From the NCBI GenBank assembly GCA_963850305.1, contig CAWKKR010000007.1:736001-800000 (forward strand): a stretch of DNA of 64,000 nucleotides, in the 5' to 3' direction. The translations under genes were made by a program, and so were the position numbers. The DNA is from an uncultured delta proteobacterium. Lineage in GTDB: Bacteria > Myxococcota_A > Polyangia > Polyangiales > Polyangiaceae. Below, one piece after another: positions 32,625 to 41,318 of this stretch; position 1 is the first letter of the stretch, and every line of letters begins with the position of its first letter. The notes under the pieces are model-generated. The model was given only the letters and a program-made list of their open reading frames with translations. It had not been told where the DNA came from and made no database searches.

Positions 32625-33914
32625 ATGGTGAGCGGCGCGGCGGACCCGGTGAACGAGCGCGCCTCGCGCCGCATCGTTCGCAACGCGATGAGCATCCTGC
32701 TCGGCGACGCAGCGGGCGAGGTCCTCATCGGCTACTCGATCGTCCTGACGGCACTCTCGCTCGGTCCGAACAGGTTCGGCACGCTCAGCGAGGCGCAGGC
32801 CTTCATGGAGCCCTTCGACGCCGTGGCGGCGCTTGGGTTCGGCAACGTCGCGATGACGGTGGCGGCGTCGCGCGGCGATTGCGACGGCGCGTTACGGGGA
32901 ACGATCCTCGGCATTCGCACCCTGTCCGCGGCGGTCGCCGGAGCTCTCGGCATCAGCATGGCGTTCGCGACCGGACGCGGCACGCTGTGGCCGCTGCTCC
33001 TGGTCTACGCAATGGGTATGTTTGCCGTGCCCGTCACCATGACGTCCACTCTTCCGTTTCAGTGGCACCGGACGATACATCGCCGCATCGCGCTGCCGTT
33101 CCTGATCGGCGTGTGTCGTCTCGGCTCGATCTATCTCGCATTCTTGTTCCTGCGACGGCCTCTCGGGTTCCAGCTCGCGCTGCTCGTTGCGGCGATTCTC
33201 GCCGCCGGGTTGAATTTTTTCTGGACCACGCGAGTGTACCCGGACGCTCTTCGCTTCGACCGCGCTCTCGCGAAGGAGCTTCTTTCCACTGGCTGGCCCG
33301 CGGCGGTGCTCGAGTGCGTCGTGATGCTCTATTCCCGCGCGTCGTACTTCTTCTTGCACGACGTCGGCGCCCACGCGCAGGGCGAGTACGCCGCGGCCGA
33401 TCGCTTGATGAAGCCCGTCATGGCGATCGGGGGAGCCCTCTTCGTGAGCTCTCTCCCGACGATCGCGGATCTCGCCATCAAACGGCAATTCGTCATGCTG
33501 AAGAAGTCCTACGTGCGCGCCGTGGCCGGCGTGGCGCTGGGGCTCGTCCCGCTGCTGCTCCTCGTGTGGTTCCTCGCTGCGTGGCTCCTCGAGCGATTCG
33601 CGCCGGCTTACGCGGCGGCGATCTGGCCATTCCGCGTCCTCGCGGTCGGCGCGTTCTTCATGTTCCTCAACATGCTATCCACGACCTACATCGTCGCGCT
33701 CGGAAAATTCCGGCTCATCATGACGATCGTGCTCGCGGATCTCGTCGTCTATCTGTTCCTCGCTACGCACCTCATCCCGAAATACGGCGCGCTCGGCGCG
33801 GCATTCTCGACGTCCGTGATGGAATCCGCGAACACGATGATGCAGCTCACGGTCGTCCTCTACTTGCTGAGCAAGCTCGCCCGGGAAGAAGACGTCGGGA
33901 TCGGCGCGACGTGA
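32625..33914 (+). CDS. Oligosaccharide flippase (Wzx/MOP family)
   Basis: About 12 TMs; LGPNRFG, GEYAAA, LIPKYGALGAA. Confidence 0.85.
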   Translation: MVSGAADPVNERASRRIVRNAMSILLGDAAGEVLIGYSIVLTALSLGPNRFGTLSEAQAFMEPFDAVAALGFGNVAMTVAASRGDCDGALRGTILGIRTLSAAVAGALGISMAFATGRGTLWPLLLVYAMGMFAVPVTMTSTLPFQWHRTIHRRIALPFLIGVCRLGSIYLAFLFLRRPLGFQLALLVAAILAAGLNFFWTTRVYPDALRFDRALAKELLSTGWPAAVLECVVMLYSRASYFFLHDVGAHAQGEYAAADRLMKPVMAIGGALFVSSLPTIADLAIKRQFVMLKKSYVRAVAGVALGLVPLLLLVWFLAAWLLERFAPAYAAAIWPFRVLAVGAFFMFLNMLSTTYIVALGKFRLIMTIVLADLVVYLFLATHLIPKYGALGAAFSTSVMESANTMMQLTVVLYLLSKLAREEDVGIGAT

Positions 33915-34005
33915 CGCTCCGCGCAGGGCCAGTCGGGAGCGACCGCCGCGTGGAGGATCCCGTGAGTGAACGCGACCTGGCTAGGCTACTCTATCGAGCC
34001 CTCGC

Positions 34006-35202
34006 GTGACGACCGTGAAGACATTACTTCTCGATCTGACGCCGCTCGACACGCCCTCACGCAGGAGAGGGCAGGGCCGCTACGTGCGTGAGCTCGCCGC
34101 GGGTCTTGCGCGCCTCCCATCCGGAGCGCTCGGGGGCGTCCGACTTCTCGGGTTGACGCATCTCTCCCTGGACGGATCGTATCGGGTCACGGAGGACATC
34201 GCGGCCTTCGAGGGCAGTCCCGAGCTCCCATCGCCGGCGTCGCGAGAGCACTACCGCTGGGCGTACGCGCGCCGCTTCGGACTGTGGCGCGCGGCGCGGC
34301 AGACGGGCGCGACCGCCGTACACCTCGGCGTTGGTTCTGCGACGCCTCTGTTCATGTCGCTATCCGGGTGCCGGCGTATCGTCACGTGTCACGACGCGAT
34401 TCCGGCACGGTTTCCGGAGCACTACATGGGCATTCACGACGGCGGGCCGCGCGTCGGCAAGCTCATCGAACGGCGGCGCTATCGGAGCGCCGACCTCGTC
34501 GTCGCGGTGAGCGCCGCCACGCGAGCGGACGTCATCGCGCTCTACGGTGTCTCGCCGGAGCGTGTCGCGCGGGTCTACAACGGCGTGGACGTCGAGCGCT
34601 GGGCGGCCGCGCCCGCCCCCCCGCCAGAACCGACGCTCGAGCGCTTCGGGCTCCAGGGGCGCGCGTTCGTTCTCTACGTCGGGGGCCTGCACTGGCACAA
34701 GAACGTCGAGGGCATGATCGGCGGAGTGGCTCAAGCGCGGGCGCGCGGCGCCGATCTCGAGCTGGCGTGGGCAGGGCATCTCACGCCCGAGCACGCCGCG
34801 CTGATCGACGGTGTCGCGCAACGTGCCGGCATATCCCACGCTTTTCGCCGCCTGGGTTACGTTACCGACGATGAAGTGCGCATATTGTATCGAGCGGCCG
34901 TCGCGCATCTTCTGGTATCGCGCGCGGAGGGGTTCGGGCTGACGGTCGTCGAGGCGATGGCAGCGGGTTGTCCCGTCGTCACGACCGCGGGGGGCTCGCT
35001 CGCCGAGGTGGCCGGGGACGCCGCGATCACGGTCGATCCCGACGATGACGAGGCCATCGGCGACGCTCTCGTTCGGCTCGCGACGGACGGCGCGCTGCGG
35101 GGGGATCTCATCGCGCGGGGACGTGCTCGAGCGCCGCGCTTCTCTCTCGATGCGCAGGCGCGCGGCATGGCGGCCGTGTATCGTCGGTTCCTCGATTCCT
35201 GA
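34006..35202 (+). CDS. Glycosyltransferase family 4
   Basis: VTCHD, HKNVE, SRAEGFGLTVVEAMAAGCPVV. Confidence 0.93.
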   Translation: MTTVKTLLLDLTPLDTPSRRRGQGRYVRELAAGLARLPSGALGGVRLLGLTHLSLDGSYRVTEDIAAFEGSPELPSPASREHYRWAYARRFGLWRAARQTGATAVHLGVGSATPLFMSLSGCRRIVTCHDAIPARFPEHYMGIHDGGPRVGKLIERRRYRSADLVVAVSAATRADVIALYGVSPERVARVYNGVDVERWAAAPAPPPEPTLERFGLQGRAFVLYVGGLHWHKNVEGMIGGVAQARARGADLELAWAGHLTPEHAALIDGVAQRAGISHAFRRLGYVTDDEVRILYRAAVAHLLVSRAEGFGLTVVEAMAAGCPVVTTAGGSLAEVAGDAAITVDPDDDEAIGDALVRLATDGALRGDLIARGRARAPRFSLDAQARGMAAVYRRFLDS

Positions 35203-35210
35203 TCGCGCCC

Positions 35211-36425
35211 ATGCCGAAGCTCCTGGTCGATCTAACGCCGCTCCACACGCCCGGCGGTGCGCGAGGCATCGGCCGATACATCCGGGAGCTCGCGCGCGGT
35301 CTCGCCGAGCTCGGCCCGGACGAGCTCGGCGACATCGAGCTCCTCGGGCTCACGTCGCTCGGGTGGGGAGGCGCGCACACATTCACCCGCGACCTCGGCT
35401 CCTTCGAAGATGCTCGCCGTGCCGCACCCCCGTCGGGAAGCGATTACTACGTGTGGGCGTACAGGCAGCGCTTTTCGTTCTTCCTCGCGGCGCGGAGCCT
35501 CGGCGTCTCCGCGGTTCACATCTGCGACCCGCATGCCACTCCTCTCTTTCTCCGGAGCTCCGGCGTCAAAAAAGTCGTCACGTGCCACGATCTGGTGCCG
35601 ACGCGATTTCCCGATCACTACATGAGCATCAAGGACGGCGGTCCGGTCATCGGCAAATGGATCGAGGCTCGCCGCTACCGGAGCGCGGATCTCGTGATTG
35701 CCGTGAGTGACGCGACGCGGAATGACGTGTGTTCGCTCGTCGGACTTCCGAGCAACCGCGTCGTTCGTGTGCACAACGGGATGGACGTCGAGCGCTGGTC
35801 GGCGCGGCCGGCGCTGGAGCCATCCGTGACGCTGCGCAAGCTCGGAATCGATCGCCGCGCGTTTGCGCTCTACGTCGGCGGGTCCGATTGGCGAAAGAAT
35901 GTCGAGGGAATGTTGGGGGGATTGGGGCACGCGCTACGTCGCCGGGCGCCGCTCGACCTGGTGTGGGCGGGCCACCTCGAGCCGCCGCACCGCGCCCGTG
36001 TCGAAGCAGCCATTCGCGGCGCCGGTCTTGCGGATGCCGTGCACCTGGTCGGATTCGTGACGGACGACGAGCTTGCCGTACTTTATCGCGCGGCGCTCGC
36101 GCACCTGTTCGTCTCCCGGCTCGAGGGCTTTGGCCTGACGATCGTCGAAGCGATGGCGTCTGGTTGCCCCGTGCTGACGACGCGCGGCGGCTCGCTTGCG
36201 GAAGTGGCCGGGGATGCTGCGCTCGTCGTCGATCCGGAGGACCCCGCGGCGATCGGCGCGGCGTTATTCCGTCTCGCGAGCGAACCTGCTCTTCGTGCCG
36301 AGCTCGCCGAGAAGGGCCGGGCGCGCGCGCCGAAGTTCTCGCGCGTCGCGCAAGCGAGGGGCACCGCCGCGGCGTATCGGAAGGCCATCGCCGGGCCTCG
36401 CTCCCCGGCGCTTCCCCGCTACTAA
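35211..36425 (+). CDS. Glycosyltransferase family 4 (tandem paralogue)
   Basis: VTCHD, RKNVE, SRLEGFGLTIVEAMASGCPV; colinear with the preceding gene. Confidence 0.93.
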   Translation: MPKLLVDLTPLHTPGGARGIGRYIRELARGLAELGPDELGDIELLGLTSLGWGGAHTFTRDLGSFEDARRAAPPSGSDYYVWAYRQRFSFFLAARSLGVSAVHICDPHATPLFLRSSGVKKVVTCHDLVPTRFPDHYMSIKDGGPVIGKWIEARRYRSADLVIAVSDATRNDVCSLVGLPSNRVVRVHNGMDVERWSARPALEPSVTLRKLGIDRRAFALYVGGSDWRKNVEGMLGGLGHALRRRAPLDLVWAGHLEPPHRARVEAAIRGAGLADAVHLVGFVTDDELAVLYRAALAHLFVSRLEGFGLTIVEAMASGCPVLTTRGGSLAEVAGDAALVVDPEDPAAIGAALFRLASEPALRAELAEKGRARAPKFSRVAQARGTAAAYRKAIAGPRSPALPRY

Positions 36426-36650
36426 GAAAGGGGGGCGTTGCCCGCCCCCCGGGGCTTGCTACGCAACCCCTCCCCCCGGTACTCGCTGCGCTCGGTAGTT
36501 CCGCACCTCTTTGATCCCTCGGGGACGACAGCGTCGTCGATGCGGAACTACTAACAAAGGGGGGCCTTGCCAGGCTTGCACCCCGCGGCTTGCTTTGCAA
36601 CCGCTCCCCCCGCCGCCTTCGGCGTGCTCGCTGCGCTCGCGTAGCTCCGC
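36419..36650. repeat. Two tandem copies of a ~90-110 nt palindromic (REP/MITE-like) element
   Basis: Copies at 36419-36505 and 36541-36650 share CTACTAA-AAAGGGGGGC-TTGCC ... GGCTTGCT--GCAACC-CTCCCCCCG ... CTCGCTGCGCTCG-GTAG-TCCGC. Confidence 0.75.
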
Positions 36651-36709
36651 GCTGACTCACGCGACGACCCGGTTGCTCGCGCCCGCCACCCGGGTGACGA
36701 TGTTCGGCC

Positions 36710-37954
36710 ATGACCGTCGCGCTCGCTCGACGACTCGTCTGGGAGGGCATTGCCACTCCGGAGCAGGTCAACGCGGCGCTGTACGCGCACGTGACCGAGC
36801 GCACGGCGTTTCTGCAAGCCCTGCTACGAAGTCACCCGGTCCTCGCCGCGAGGCTCGAGGTCGAGCTGGGTGCGTCGCGCGAACATGGTGCTCGAGAAGT
36901 GGTGCCCGACACGGAACTTCTCCGGAGCCTGCCGCAGGGCATGGCGAACGCACTGCTCGCCGTGCCGGTGGGCCGCGATCCCGCGACGTCGACCGTCTAT
37001 GTTCTTGCGGCCGACGCTTCCGACGGTCACGTCGCCGCCGAGTTCGCGCATCACTTCCGTGCGCCCGTCGAGATCGCTCACGCTCCGCTGCTCGCGATCC
37101 TCTCGGCGCTCGGTCCAGAGATCGTCGAGCCCGATCCGCGAACGATGACCCCCGCGTTCGGCATGCCTCAGCGCCCCGTATCTCTCGCGCCCACACGTTC
37201 GATCGTGCCCGCTCCGTCGGTTGACGTGACGCGCCCGAGCGATCGACCCATTCCGCTCACTCGGCTGAGCGGCGAAGCAGCCCACGCTCCGTCGACGGTG
37301 AAGGGCGTCGCGCCGCAGGCCGTGGGCGAGCATCACGCGTCGCGCGTCGTCGTACCGCCTCGTCAATCGCCGAAGGCGTCGGAGCCCGTCATTCAGCTCA
37401 CGCGGACGAAGTCGATCGTCACCCCCCCGCCTTCACCGCGCGCGAGCGTCGTGCCCGAGGCGTCGGCGGCCACTCCCAGCTCCGCCCGGAACGACGTCGA
37501 AGCCGCCCTCGAGGCTCTCGAGCGCGCGGCCTCGCCGGAGGAGGTGATCACCGCACTGATCCAGGGGCTTTCGGGTGTCGCCGCGCTCGTGCTCGTGCTC
37601 GCCGTTCGCGGCAAGGTGTTCGAAGGGCGCGACGCCAGTGACGATGCAGCACGACAAGCCGTCCGGTCGCTGGTCATATCCGGCGATCGTCCGAGCGTGC
37701 TTCAGACGGCCGTGCAGACGGGCGGTTACACGGGGCCCGTCCCCCAGACCCTCGTCCACACCGACCTCGCCCGCATCCTGGGCGATCCGACGGATGAGAT
37801 CGCCGTCGGCGTCGTCACGGTTTCGGGCCGCGCCGCGCTCGTTTACGTCATGACGTCCCTCGAAACCGCGTATCTAGCCACGCGCCGCGGCGATCAACTC
37901 GCGCAGGCGGCCACCCGCGCGCTCGAGCGGATCGTCCGGCAACGGAAGAAGTGA
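36710..37954 (+). CDS. GspE N-terminal (T2SSE_N/MshEN-like) domain protein with Pro-rich linker and GAF-like C-terminus
   Basis: LARRLVWEGIATPEQVNAAL, LPQGMANALLAVPV, VYVLAADASD. No ATPase motifs. Confidence 0.65.
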   Translation: MTVALARRLVWEGIATPEQVNAALYAHVTERTAFLQALLRSHPVLAARLEVELGASREHGAREVVPDTELLRSLPQGMANALLAVPVGRDPATSTVYVLAADASDGHVAAEFAHHFRAPVEIAHAPLLAILSALGPEIVEPDPRTMTPAFGMPQRPVSLAPTRSIVPAPSVDVTRPSDRPIPLTRLSGEAAHAPSTVKGVAPQAVGEHHASRVVVPPRQSPKASEPVIQLTRTKSIVTPPPSPRASVVPEASAATPSSARNDVEAALEALERAASPEEVITALIQGLSGVAALVLVLAVRGKVFEGRDASDDAARQAVRSLVISGDRPSVLQTAVQTGGYTGPVPQTLVHTDLARILGDPTDEIAVGVVTVSGRAALVYVMTSLETAYLATRRGDQLAQAATRALERIVRQRKK

Positions 37955-38152
37955 GGGAGCAAGACACATCGGCGCGCACCGTTACCAGTCGCATCACGGC
38001 TTCGACCAGGAGCCGCGCGTTCGCGAGAATTGGGCAGTCCGTATCGGGAGCCATGCCCCAGAGACTAGGAACGTCCGCTGAGCCAGCGTAATGTCATGAT
38101 TGACAGGGGGATCGACGAGGTCGCGATTGTTCCCTGGCGGTGCTCGGGGGAG

Positions 38153-38168
38153 TGGTATGGCTGTCGCT
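38153..38168 (+). promoter_or_regulatory. Candidate sigma-54 promoter of the peroxiredoxin gene
   Basis: TGGTATG-GCTG-TCGCT (GG-N10-GC) ~45 bp before the ATG. Inverted repeat TGTCA-tgat-TGACA at 38092-38105. Confidence 0.5.
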
Positions 38169-38212
38169 CCTGGGGCCCGGGCTTTGCCGGGAGCCAGTAC
38201 AAGGAGAACGTC

Positions 38213-38851
38213 ATGGGACTTCATCTGGGCAGCATCGCGCCGAACTTCGACGCGGAAACGAGCACGGGGCACATCAACTTCCACGAGTGGATAGGCAACA
38301 CGTGGGCCGTCCTCTTCTCGCACCCGAAGGACTTCACGCCCGTCTGCACGACGGAACTCGGGCGCGCCGCGAACCTCAAGGCGGAGTTCGACAAGCGCAA
38401 CGTGAAGATGATCGCCGTTAGTGTGGACGGCGTCGAAGACCACAAGAAGTGGATCGGCGACATCGAGGAAACGCAGAACGCGACGGTGAACTTTCCGCTC
38501 ATCGGTGACAAGGATCGCAAGGTCGCCGGCCTCTACGACATGATCCACGCCGAGGCGAACGACACGCTGACGGTGCGCAGCGTCTTCATCATCGATTCGA
38601 ACAAGAAGATCCGCGCGATGATCACGTACCCGGCGAGCACCGGACGTAACTTCAGCGAGATCCTCCGCGTGATCGATTCACTGCAGCTCACGGACAGTCA
38701 CAAAGTGGCGACGCCGGCGGACTGGAAAGACGGGGATGACTGCGTGATCGTTCCGGCCATCCAGGATCCCGAAGAGCTCAAGAAGCGCTTCCCCAAGGGG
38801 TTCAAGGTCGTGAAGCCGTATCTCCGCATGACGCCACAGCCCAATAAGTGA
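38213..38851 (+). CDS. 1-Cys peroxiredoxin (Prx6 class)
   Basis: AAGGAG RBS and ATG 38213; FSHPKDFTPVCTTELG, YPASTGRNF, ATPADW, PYLRMTPQP. Confidence 0.96.
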   Translation: MGLHLGSIAPNFDAETSTGHINFHEWIGNTWAVLFSHPKDFTPVCTTELGRAANLKAEFDKRNVKMIAVSVDGVEDHKKWIGDIEETQNATVNFPLIGDKDRKVAGLYDMIHAEANDTLTVRSVFIIDSNKKIRAMITYPASTGRNFSEILRVIDSLQLTDSHKVATPADWKDGDDCVIVPAIQDPEELKKRFPKGFKVVKPYLRMTPQPNK

Positions 38852-38930
38852 CCGGCCGGGGGCGACGGCAGTTCAACTGCGCGAAACTGGCCAGGAGCGC
38901 GCGTCGCGAGGAACAATCGGGGTCGAAGCA

Positions 38931-39641
38931 ATGGACCTTTCGCCGCCCCTCCTCAGCGTCATAAAACCCAATCCGCCGCCCCTCTGGTTCGTCACCAACG
39001 GCGACGTCACCGTCGGGCCAGTTCTGACCCAGTTATTGAAGCGTGGCGTCGCGGAAGGTGTGGTTCCCGACTATTGCCACGTCAGTCCTCCCGGCGGCAC
39101 GTGGCGCGCTGTCGAGACCGTTCGGGAAGTCGCTGCGCTCCAGAGACCCGTCGGTGCGCCCGTCGCGGTCTACCGGCCCGAGCCTCTCCACGACATCACG
39201 CAGCCCGCGGTGCCCATCCGGGACGAGGACGAAGTTTGTTACCAGGGGACCCGCCTGGCCATGCTCGTCACGGGCGCCGAGAGCGGCATGTTCCACTTTC
39301 GCGAGCGCGCGTCCCGCCTGTTCATCACGCGCTGCGTGCTCGGTCCGGTCTCCGACGAGCGCCTGAATGAAGAGCTTCCCCCGACGGATCTCCTCCTGCA
39401 TTCCGCGCGAATGGGCCAGCCCATCTTCGGCCCGCCCTACGGCCCAGCGGAAGATGCCCTTGCTCTCCGGTTCGCGAGCACGCGAGGCGGCGTCGGTGGC
39501 GCCGCCATGATCCCGATCTTCATCGGTCACAGCCTCCGGGCCCTGCTCGAGGTATCGCGCCCCGGCCACGCCTTCCGCCGCGAAGACCTCCAGCGCGCCG
39601 AACGCATCGCGTTCCGGGCGCTGTACCAGCATCAGAACTGA
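38931..39641 (+). CDS. Hypothetical protein, GYF_2-like N-terminus + GAF-like domain
   Basis: WFVTNGDVTVGPV...TWRAV resembles GYF_2; AMIPIF..LLEVSR..F.REDL resembles a GAF C-terminus. Confidence 0.6.
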   Translation: MDLSPPLLSVIKPNPPPLWFVTNGDVTVGPVLTQLLKRGVAEGVVPDYCHVSPPGGTWRAVETVREVAALQRPVGAPVAVYRPEPLHDITQPAVPIRDEDEVCYQGTRLAMLVTGAESGMFHFRERASRLFITRCVLGPVSDERLNEELPPTDLLLHSARMGQPIFGPPYGPAEDALALRFASTRGGVGGAAMIPIFIGHSLRALLEVSRPGHAFRREDLQRAERIAFRALYQHQN

Positions 39642-39752
39642 GACGGTTCCGAGAGATTCGGCCCACGGGGACCGAGTCGACGAGTCGCCGCGGGCGCATT
39701 TCCGGGCTCGCCGACACGGCTGCGTGGCAGGCTTGGCCCGTCGAGAAAAGCT

Positions 39753-41318
39753 ATGGGCTCGATCAAGGACGATCTCGTCGAAGCGGGTCTCGAGCTCATC
39801 GAAACCCATACGGCATGGGTGCTTCTGAGCGCGGACACGGTCTGGAAGATCAAGAAGCCGGTCGATTACGGGTTCCTCGACTTCACGACGCTGGACCGGC
39901 GCAGGGCGGCGTGCGACGCGGAGACTCGTTTGAACGCACGTCTCTCGCCGCACGTTTACCAAGGTCTCGTGCCGGTCACCCGCGACGCCGGTGGGCGGCA
40001 CCACCTCGGCGGGGCCGGCGACATCGTTGACTGGGCCGTGCGAATGACGCGGCTCCCGGATGCCGTCCGCGCGGACGTGTTGCTCCGGGAAGGGCGGCTG
40101 GGTACGCCCGAGATCGAGCGGCTGGCGGAGCACCTGGCCCGGTTTCACGACGCCCTCGGGCCGTGCGACGCGGCGGGTGGATTCGGCGCACCCGAAGCGA
40201 TCCTTGGGAACGTCCGGGAGAACTTTGCACAGGCCAAGACCGCCATCGGAACGCTGCTGGGCGCCGGAGAAGCCGCGGAGATAGAGCGGCATCAGGTCGA
40301 CTTCGTCGAGCGGCGTCGTCAGCTACTGGACGAGCGCATCCGGCAGGGAAGGGTGCGAGACGGCCATGGAGATCTCCGCCTCGAACACGTTTACTTCGAG
40401 GAGGCGCGCGCGCAGCCGACCATCATCGATTGCATCGAATTCAACGAGCGGTTCCGGTACGCGGACGTGGCCGCGGACATTGCATTCTTGTCGATGGATC
40501 TCGAACGGCTGGGGCGCTCGGATCTCGCAGAAGGGTTTCTCGCAGCGTATGCCCGTGCGTCCGGCGACTACCAGCTGTACGAACTCGTCGATTTCTACGA
40601 AGGATATCGCGCGTACGTGCGCGGCAAGGTCTCCGCGCTGCTCGCGGAGGACCGAGGTGCGGACCTCGACACGCGAGCCGCCGCAGTGAGGGACGCCCGC
40701 TCGTTCTTTCTGCTCTCGCTGCTCGAGGGCAGGGAAGGACTCCTCCGCCCTGCCGCCGTCGCCGTCGGGGGCGTCATCGCTTCGGGAAAGAGCACGATCG
40801 CGGAACACATCGGCGCGATGATGAACGCGCCGATCGTCGACACCGACCGCGCGCGCAAGGCGCTCGCGGGCGTGGAAGCGAAGACGCCACTTCGCGACGA
40901 TCCGTGGTCCGGCTCGTACACGCCTGCCTTTACCGAGCGCGTTTACGCGGAGGTCTTCCGTCGCGCCGGCCACGTGCTCTCCTCGGGCCGCGCGGTCGTG
41001 ATCGACGCGAGCTTTCGCTCGCGGGCGCATCGAGCGGCAGCTCAGGCGCTCGCCCGCGAGCGCGGCGTGTCCTTTTATTTCGTGGAGTGCCGGGCCCATG
41101 CCGACGAGTACGGGCGAAGGCTGGAACGGCGAGCGCGCTCGGCGAGTGTCAGCGACGGCCGAGCGGAGATCTTCGACGAGTTCGCGGCGCACTTCGAGCC
41201 CGTGACCGAAATTCCGGAGGGTGAACACCTCCTCGTGGACACGTCCTTGCCGCTCCAGGAGAACGTTCGCCGCCTGGCAGACGAGCTTCCAACGTGGCCG
41301 GAAGGGTTCAATGGCTGA
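39753..41318 (+). CDS. Bifunctional aminoglycoside phosphotransferase-like / AAA P-loop kinase
   Basis: IETHTAW, KIKKPVDYGFLDF, HGDLRLEH, IDCIEFNERFR, P-loop GVIASGKST. Confidence 0.92.
   Translation: MGSIKDDLVEAGLELIETHTAWVLLSADTVWKIKKPVDYGFLDFTTLDRRRAACDAETRLNARLSPHVYQGLVPVTRDAGGRHHLGGAGDIVDWAVRMTRLPDAVRADVLLREGRLGTPEIERLAEHLARFHDALGPCDAAGGFGAPEAILGNVRENFAQAKTAIGTLLGAGEAAEIERHQVDFVERRRQLLDERIRQGRVRDGHGDLRLEHVYFEEARAQPTIIDCIEFNERFRYADVAADIAFLSMDLERLGRSDLAEGFLAAYARASGDYQLYELVDFYEGYRAYVRGKVSALLAEDRGADLDTRAAAVRDARSFFLLSLLEGREGLLRPAAVAVGGVIASGKSTIAEHIGAMMNAPIVDTDRARKALAGVEAKTPLRDDPWSGSYTPAFTERVYAEVFRRAGHVLSSGRAVVIDASFRSRAHRAAAQALARERGVSFYFVECRAHADEYGRRLERRARSASVSDGRAEIFDEFAAHFEPVTEIPEGEHLLVDTSLPLQENVRRLADELPTWPEGFNG

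Noticed and set aside
36419..36650. CRISPR array
   Set aside because: Only two long diverged units, no constant 25-40 bp repeat with unique spacers, and no cas genes in the window.
39753..41318. Aminoglycoside resistance gene
   Set aside because: It belongs to the widespread APH-like/AAA fusion family with no established resistance role, and there is no mobile context.
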